Below the pieces are notes generated by a model. The model was given only the letters and a program-made list of their open reading frames with translations, had not been told where the DNA came from and made no database searches. DNA of 56,273 nucleotides, filler included, from Platydemus manokwari (Eukaryota), in NCBI GenBank assembly GCA_037951405.1. It is 5 parts of 5 records of this genome, joined end to end, with 100 filler letters (N's around TTAATTAATTAA, not from the genome) between each part and the next. Parts side by side here need not be neighbours in the genome. Positions count along the whole stretch, not along the records: positions 45,303 to 56,273 come from JBBMOY011008858.1; 4 more parts are not named here. One strand, 5' to 3'. The position numbers and the translations under genes were made by a program. Shown here piece by piece: positions 48,931 to 56,273 of the stretch (position 1 is its first letter; every line of letters starts with the position of its first letter).

Positions 48931-51669
48931 ATCAAAGAAACTGAATATCAAAAAAATTATTCATATTTATAATTTGATGATCCCTTCACTTTTTCTTTTG
49001 TTCCGAAGATTACGTTTGGTAATCCTTAAAGAAAAATGACAATATAAATATAAGACTAACACTTAAAGTATTACTTCATATTTAATTAAATAAGAATGAC
49101 ACTAAATCAATAATTTTTTATGATCCTATAATTTTCAAATGATCCTATCAACAATGAATAATAAATGATCCCTGTTTATGCGATTAATGAAAAGATCACG
49201 ACAGATAAAATAATACCCATTTTAAATGCATGTCAGCTAGGGATGCAATACAATTTTTAAGAAATATTTATTGAATAATTAATAAATAAATAAAACAATA
49301 CCGTTAAACACTCAATCCAATTTAGTATAGGTAAGTACTCCAATGATAGACCATGACCTAATCTTGAAACCACTAGTAGCCCGTTTAAAATGTTAAAATT
49401 ACTGAAGATAGCCAAGCAAGCAGAAAATCAAATGCCAAGCGTTACTCGTATTCGAGATAGAAAAAAGACATTCTTTCATCCCGGCATGAGTTTACTGGAA
49501 GAAAAAGGTTTTCCAATTGTCATTTGATAATCCAGAAAGAGAAACCCAAATTAAAGTACGCATCACTACCTATAAAATCAATATTAAGATGTATACATTT
49601 TTGTGTATATTCCAATTTACCTAGCTGACCACACATTTTGATTTTGATTACGAAGTGGTCATAAATCGTACACTCATCCAGGGATTTGTGCATCAATTCT
49701 TGTAGTTATTTAATTAGGTAAAATATTGGTAATTGGTGTTGACATTAAAATTTTATAAAAGTAAATTTTGATTATGAAGTCAAAGTGTCTCATTTTTTAT
49801 CGTAACATCAGTGTGTCATCACGCATCACCGTGTTATCGAGTGCAAGGAAAAATAAGTTTATAAGCTTTCAGGACATTGGATTGACCGAAAGTATTCGAT
49901 AAGAACAAGTTCAAGAATTCACACTAGTTTTGCACTAGAGAGTAAGAGTATCGTGGCCAAACAACAACAATTTAAGGAAAATACACCTGAGTTATATCAA
50001 AGAATCCACGAAGTCTGATAATAACAAAAGTAATGCCAATAAATTCAATTGCTTTTATAAGACAAGAGATATTATAAAGACAAATATTAAGAATTGAATG
50101 TTCAACATACAGTTAGAACCCAACATCGATAAAAACAATTATCAATACCATAAAAATGTTATTCACACATTGGATATTTTCTTTGACTCTCTTCAAGAAT
50201 CCCAACATTAAACGCCAAGGTGAAAGAAGATCAAATGATTAAGAGCAAAATCAGAACCCAAGAGACTGATTAATTTGCTGACAGTGAGAATAAATAAATG
50301 ATGATATAAAAATAAAAATTGAAAAAATTAAAGTGACACCAAAAATAACAGGTAGCTGGTGCTAGGTTGTTAGGAGGCACCGATAGTAGTTTGTCTTGAG
50401 AATTTAAGGTCATTTTATTTATTTAAGCATCATGTACATTTAGTGTTATTTAAATTGATCATTATGTTTTATTGTTATCACCACGTTCTTTCTTTTATAT
50501 TTTTAATTACATAATTTTTACATAATCCAGTTTATATTTTACATTATTATTAGTTTTACGACAACAAAGACTGTGATCCACATTGAATTAAATCAATTAA
50601 TCTTCTTCGAATTGGAATAAAAAAATATAAGCATCGGCAGTTTATTTTTCTTAATATTTAGTTCATTATAAGAGCATAAAATTATTACAAAAATATTGCT
50701 CTTTACATACTGCAGGTTTGGTAGAAGTTTGTTTGATAAAATATTGCTATCATTTTATAAAGGATGTTTCAGAGTTTGATTTTTCAATCGATAAAGTTTT
50801 TCAAACACTGGTCTGTTAGCGAATTCTCTTGCACCTCTCGATATGTGTTTCTAGTTGTTGGTGTGCACCCTTTGATTATTGAATTATAAATATGGATTGA
50901 TATAAGTGAGAATCTCTTGGGCTATTGACACGTGTGCTTATCGAATCTGTGTGGATTTATTAATATTTTAGGATTGTTTTCATGGTTTCCGTGAATACTT
51001 GACTGGTTTTATGAATTCAGAATTTCATTCATGTGCGATTTCAGTTTCTTAATACGTTAGTTGAAGAAGTGTTCTTTCAACTGATCTTCCAACATTTGGA
51101 GTGGTTGGTTATTAATTAAAATAAAATTTCGAATATATTTTTTAGTATGGGTAAAATATCTTTTAATAAAATATGTTTTAAACTAAAATATCAAAAGCAT
51201 AATATATGATGTGCGATGAACAAATTTCATGATCATGACCTAACATACTTAAGTGCTATTTGAGTTCATGAAATGTAATGAAAACAGAAATAAAAGCCAC
51301 TTAAATCAAACAACGAAAACTTCAAGTCATTTTTGAGATATTTTTTGAGTTCAAATTCAAATAAAACGTACGAATATATATATATATATCCTTATGCAAA
51401 GATTACATATAAGCTTCTGATATAAGCTTTGTTAATATAAGCTTCTGTTATCAAACAACAAATCGCATTTACTATCTAATTTCTACATGAATCTGTCATT
51501 TCAAGATGATAAATGATGGTTCCATTAAAATATTTCGACTAATTTTAAAGACGAAAACATGTGAATTACTTTTGAATTCTGAATTTTAATTGCATTTCAT
51601 GTAATCTTAGAAAAATTTTTAAATGAAGATATTTAAAACAGAGCTTTAGAAAATTTATAAGATAAGGAA

Positions 51670-51803
51670 TTTATTGATTATACTTTATTGATTATACTTT
51701 ATTGATTATACTTTATTGATTATGCTTTATTTATAATACTTTATTGATTATACTTTATTGATTATACTTTATTGATTATACTTTATTGATTATAATTTAT
51801 TGA
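51670..51803. repeat. 14-bp minisatellite (TTTATTGATTATAC) x ~9.5
   Basis: Direct tandem copies visible. Confidence 0.95.
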
Positions 51804-54800
51804 TTTGTTATTAATTCATTAACAGGAAAACCCAATCATTGTCAAGATAAATAAATTAACAGACGAAATTAATCAGCGAACAAAGTCGTTGAAATACCTT
51901 AAAAAGATATCCAATTAAAATAACAAATGAAACGTACATATTGACAAATGAAAATTATAATTGAAGTACTTTTATATGAGCAATTCATCCTGCTATTCAT
52001 GTCCTTACTTTATGATATTTCATGAATTATTTCAAGCAATCATACCAAAGCACACAACACGTTTATCACGAAATTATAATTGTTTCAATTGTTTCAGAGC
52101 TATGTTTTAATTAATCTTTAGCCCCTTACAGAGACCGATACAGAGAAATTCAATCAAGAAAACCCGTTGTTGATTATTGTGAGGATTTCAAAATATATAT
52201 ATGTTAATTTCAGTTATTTTTTTTTAAATAAAAATAAATGCTTAAAAATATCTTTGAATAAGTTGAATGTTCTGGTGAAATATACTTTTTACTTATAAGT
52301 TCTTGATTCGTTTTTCGTTTTGAATTTTATGAAAAAATAGTAGTTAACAATATCGTTTGAGTACAGGGGTAAATATTAAAGTTTTTCAAAAGTGTAAAAA
52401 ATTTTCTGACTTTTTTTTTCATTCCATATGATATTTTCGGGATAATTTTCTGTGATTTTATTAATTTATCAAAATGAAATTTATCCTTTGAAACCAATTT
52501 ATTTCATTTTGTGCCTTTTTAATAAAGGGGGATCTTGTCTCATCTTCTTTGACTTCCTGATCACAGCAATATCTTCCACTGATCATTAATTTTAGATGAC
52601 TTATTTATATAAAAGTTAATCTTTTTATTTTCCGAAGTAATTTTATCACTATTTTTGACACCACGTGGGACACATGCCGCTTTAAAATGATCAAATAGTT
52701 CAATGAAACCTTATGAATAAAACCTGCAGACATTTAAGACCTTTTCCGAAAACATAACGTGTCTGATTAATCTTGTTTACCAATATTAAATATACAAATA
52801 GTAATTAACGTCCACGGTGCATTTGAGAGTAACTGAATGTGAATAATCGTAATTAATCTGACGAATTTTACAGAGTTTTGCTGAGTATGTTGAAGAGGAG
52901 TTTATAAATTCTTGTTTCGGAGTAATTCCGGAATTTTCTTGAGCTTCAAATTTATATCGAAGTCTGTGCGACTTTCACCACTTTTGTTCCTCAATTAGTA
53001 GCTATTTCTCGCTTATTTCTTATGTGTTTTGTTCATATGTTTGATATGATGCTTTCGGTTTATTTCCATGTTTAGTATGTCAATATATAGGTTGTTACGG
53101 CTACACTCACTTATATTTGGTTAATACTGAATTGTTTATATCAAATATTACACATTTCTGAAATTACTTTGGCAACCGGAAATCCGTTTTCTTTTTGCAT
53201 GATTTATTTTCATTAATTTCTAATTCGTTTATATATATGTGTGTGTGTTGAGGTTTGGGACCAATAACAATTTGAAAAAACAATGACCTAATAATAGTTG
53301 TACATCGATTTGTAAAAACATTTTGCGTGAAATAATATTGGGTATTTTAATGTAAAATAAAATTAATCCGAAAAGATAAAATCGAATTATTAATAATAAA
53401 AAAAAATTTAGTTATTTCTGAATTTCGACCTATCAGATTTATGTGAAATTGTGATTAGGAATTGCACAAAAGTCTTTATTAATGGTTATAAAAAATGATA
53501 TGCATTTATCCTAGGGGAAATTAGGCAATACATGTATCTATCGAATTTAAGCATAATTTTCACGTAAAGTGCTTCAAAACAAGACTAATTAGGATATAAC
53601 AAAATTAAGAATAAATCTGTCGATTTAAATTTCAAAATTAAAAAAAGAGATGAGATTCCAAGAAGAGATGTTATTTTGTAATAATAAATTAAAGAAAAAG
53701 TGGAATAAAATAAATAGTGTTTTAGCATTAAGTGAAACTTCAGGTTTCATATCAGTTTTGTAGGAGAAATTTCAAAAATTGGTTAAAAAAGAGAAATTCT
53801 GTTCTAAATAATCAATTTTTGTTCAATTTATGTGCATAGGTTTACAACTTAAATTTAATATAAAATCACAAATCTACCACACACAAATCATATACAACAA
53901 TCAATATAGTCATCTTGCTTAGATAGCAAGAGCTTATTTACAACATTAATTAGTTTAGTTAACAGATATTTAAGATAAAATTATTTTGAGATCTTTTGGG
54001 TTATTTAATTAAATTATTTAACGAAAGTCGTTGCCAAAAATAATAAAATGATTCCTTTCCTAAATAGGATAATTTTTGATAATTCTTTCACTGGTCGATT
54101 CTCAATTGTCTCTCCACTGTAACGTCAAACTTCTAAAATTCGTCAAATTTCGTTAGAATTCAAATTCTAAATTATTAGTCAGTGTTCTTTGTGGTCAATA
54201 TCGGTCAACATATATAATAATTGACTTTGGATACTTTGTACCACACGACCATTCGTAATTTTTATTGATTTTCGGTACCCTTGTACGTTTATTTTTATTT
54301 TTAAAGTATTCATTTGATAACAATTTTTGACTTTCGAAATTCTAAACTTTATTTATTTATTTATTTGATTTAATTTATTTTTCTTATTTTCATTAATTCT
54401 TTTTAAATTTATTGAATAATAGTTTAGATTTAATAAAATATATAAATAATTATGAAGATAAAAATAATCATTTTGCATACCTCTTTTGCAAAATCAAGAA
54501 ATAGTGATTTTTATACATAATTAATTAGATGTTTAAAATACAGAAACATAACAAAGCTAATAAATATTGATAAATATCAGAATAATTGGATTGGATTTGA
54601 ATTCGAAGATCTGTGTAATTTTGTTGTGATATTTTCATGAATCCATGTACTCTCTCCAGTGTATCATTCATTCTTTTCTATTTTTATTTACCCCCTAAAT
54701 TTTTGTATATTGCTTCATTGTTGCTACCAGTAATGGCTTTGGATTCATTGACATTATCTTTTTTATACAGCTAATATTTTCTCAAAGTTTTCTCATATCT

Positions 54801-56216
54801 TGCTGACTCTGCCTTGCCATTTTTCTTCTTCCATTGTTCATATGGTTTAACGCCCTCAAGACATCGTCATCAGGTACTCATTTAGTTTCACTATCTGAAT
54901 ATGGTAGCAGCTTGCTCGTGCTTAAAGGCTCTTCCTAACACCTTAAAGTATTACCAATAAATATCCTTTTCAGTTTAAAACCATCGGTAACAATTATTAA
55001 ACTTAAGAAAGATCCTTAAAAGCTAATGATATTATTATTCACATGAAATACAAGATCCTAATGATTGAAAGTAATAAAGTTTTTCAAAAAACTTTGTACA
55101 GTATAAAATATATTGTTAAAAACTAATGCAGAAGGAATGTAGACGCTGTTAAAACAGACATATAAAGAAGATTGGAAAAAAAAATCGACATTGATTAGAA
55201 GATATCTTTAAAAATGAGAATTCTTTAAACACCCAACATTTTAGAATCGATTATTGAAAGTTTTTTAGAAAAACTAGCTCAAGTAAAATAACCGGGTTTG
55301 TTTTTCAGTTTTAAAAAACTATCTTAATTTTAAAAGTGGAAATATATCCATATTTGCTCACAGTGGTATAACTACAAGAAGAATTCTGAGAAAGTTTGCG
55401 CTTTGTGTCCTTATCAGTATATTATTACAAGTAGAAAAGTAAAACATAATAAGAATAATATTTCTAATAAATCAAATAACAAAATACACATTGGTAAAAT
55501 TTCTGTGTTCATTGGATGCGCTAGCATCCCAATAATTATAAGAAAAATTAACATTTTAATTTATTTACGAAATGTAAAAAGTTTTTAATTGTGGCTTGTC
55601 TCAAATCCTTGTTGTACAATTAAATTGCTTTTTGTCAGAAAGCTTTGTTCCCTCACAATACTTTGTTCAAAACGCCTTGTTCAAATGTGATACCCTGTAT
55701 CTCATCAATGGTGACACAACAAGAGCTCACATAAACACATGGCAAGGAAATCATTCGTTCATGAACAACCGTTGATAGAAAAAACAAAAAAGATGACTGA
55801 TTTAATGAAAATATTAAGCCAATTTCGACCCAAGAAATTCTGCAGAAAATTTTTCAAACAACTTTATCGTCATCTGAAGCACAATATTGATTAAACAAAA
55901 AATATTCCCGACAATTTCACATTATTCATTTACACTAAAGTATTTTTGCGACAGTTTATTTCCCGTTTAATAACACTGGAAAAGTTTTCCTCAAAATCTT
56001 CAAAGTAAGAGCTATTAGAATTAATCTTGAAACAAATAAATTTATTACAGTCGCTTTTTAAAAAGAATTTATTAAAATCTCGGTAACAGATAAAAGAATC
56101 ATCGAACGCAAGTAATTGACAAAAAGGTTATTTGAGACAGGCCGGAAATATTAATCCCCGTAATTAAATACATCGTTAATTCAACGAAGTAATTAATATT
56201 ATGAGTCAACATTTAA

Positions 56217-56218
<2 letters not shown>

Positions 56219-56261
<43 letters not shown>

Positions 56262-56269
56262 TATTATTA
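56219..56269. repeat. (TTA)n microsatellite
   Basis: About 17 TTA units at the window end. Confidence 0.95.
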
Positions 56270-56273
56270 GTAA

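Noticed and set aside
54640-54930. Coding-like decayed segments (also ~19260-19800, 42340-42650, 49340-49570)
   Set aside because: Multiple stops and no motif I can identify; probably old transposon debris, but unsupported without a search.

Overview
AT-rich, intron-containing animal genomic DNA. The short 44-61 nt GT-AG introns, mariner relics and FMRFamide-receptor-like GPCRs suggest a flatworm, probably a planarian; this is an inference. The window is five contigs joined by artificial 100-nt linkers (N44-TTAATTAATTAA-N44), so adjacency across gaps is unproven. Genes that can be reconstructed: the 3' six exons of an SLC7/LAT-type amino-acid transporter (+); two intronless class-A peptide-type GPCRs (+); a small secreted single-MRH-domain protein (-); a complete 8-exon ZC3H4/ZC3H6/Su(s)-family CCCH zinc-finger gene of about 1250 aa (-); and the last exon (SH3) of a cortactin/Abp1-type gene (-). 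Repeats include two mariner relics, a solo LTR with a target-site duplication (TSD), a multi-copy MITE-like family and minisatellites. The most notable feature is the ZC3H4-like protein. It keeps EDGEI/EEGEL and DPR motifs but also carries a long tandem Trp-Gly (WG) array resembling Argonaute-hook platforms, and its gene has a candidate 31-nt frameshifting cassette exon that would remove the DPR tail. Most short ORFs in the supplied track are spurious.
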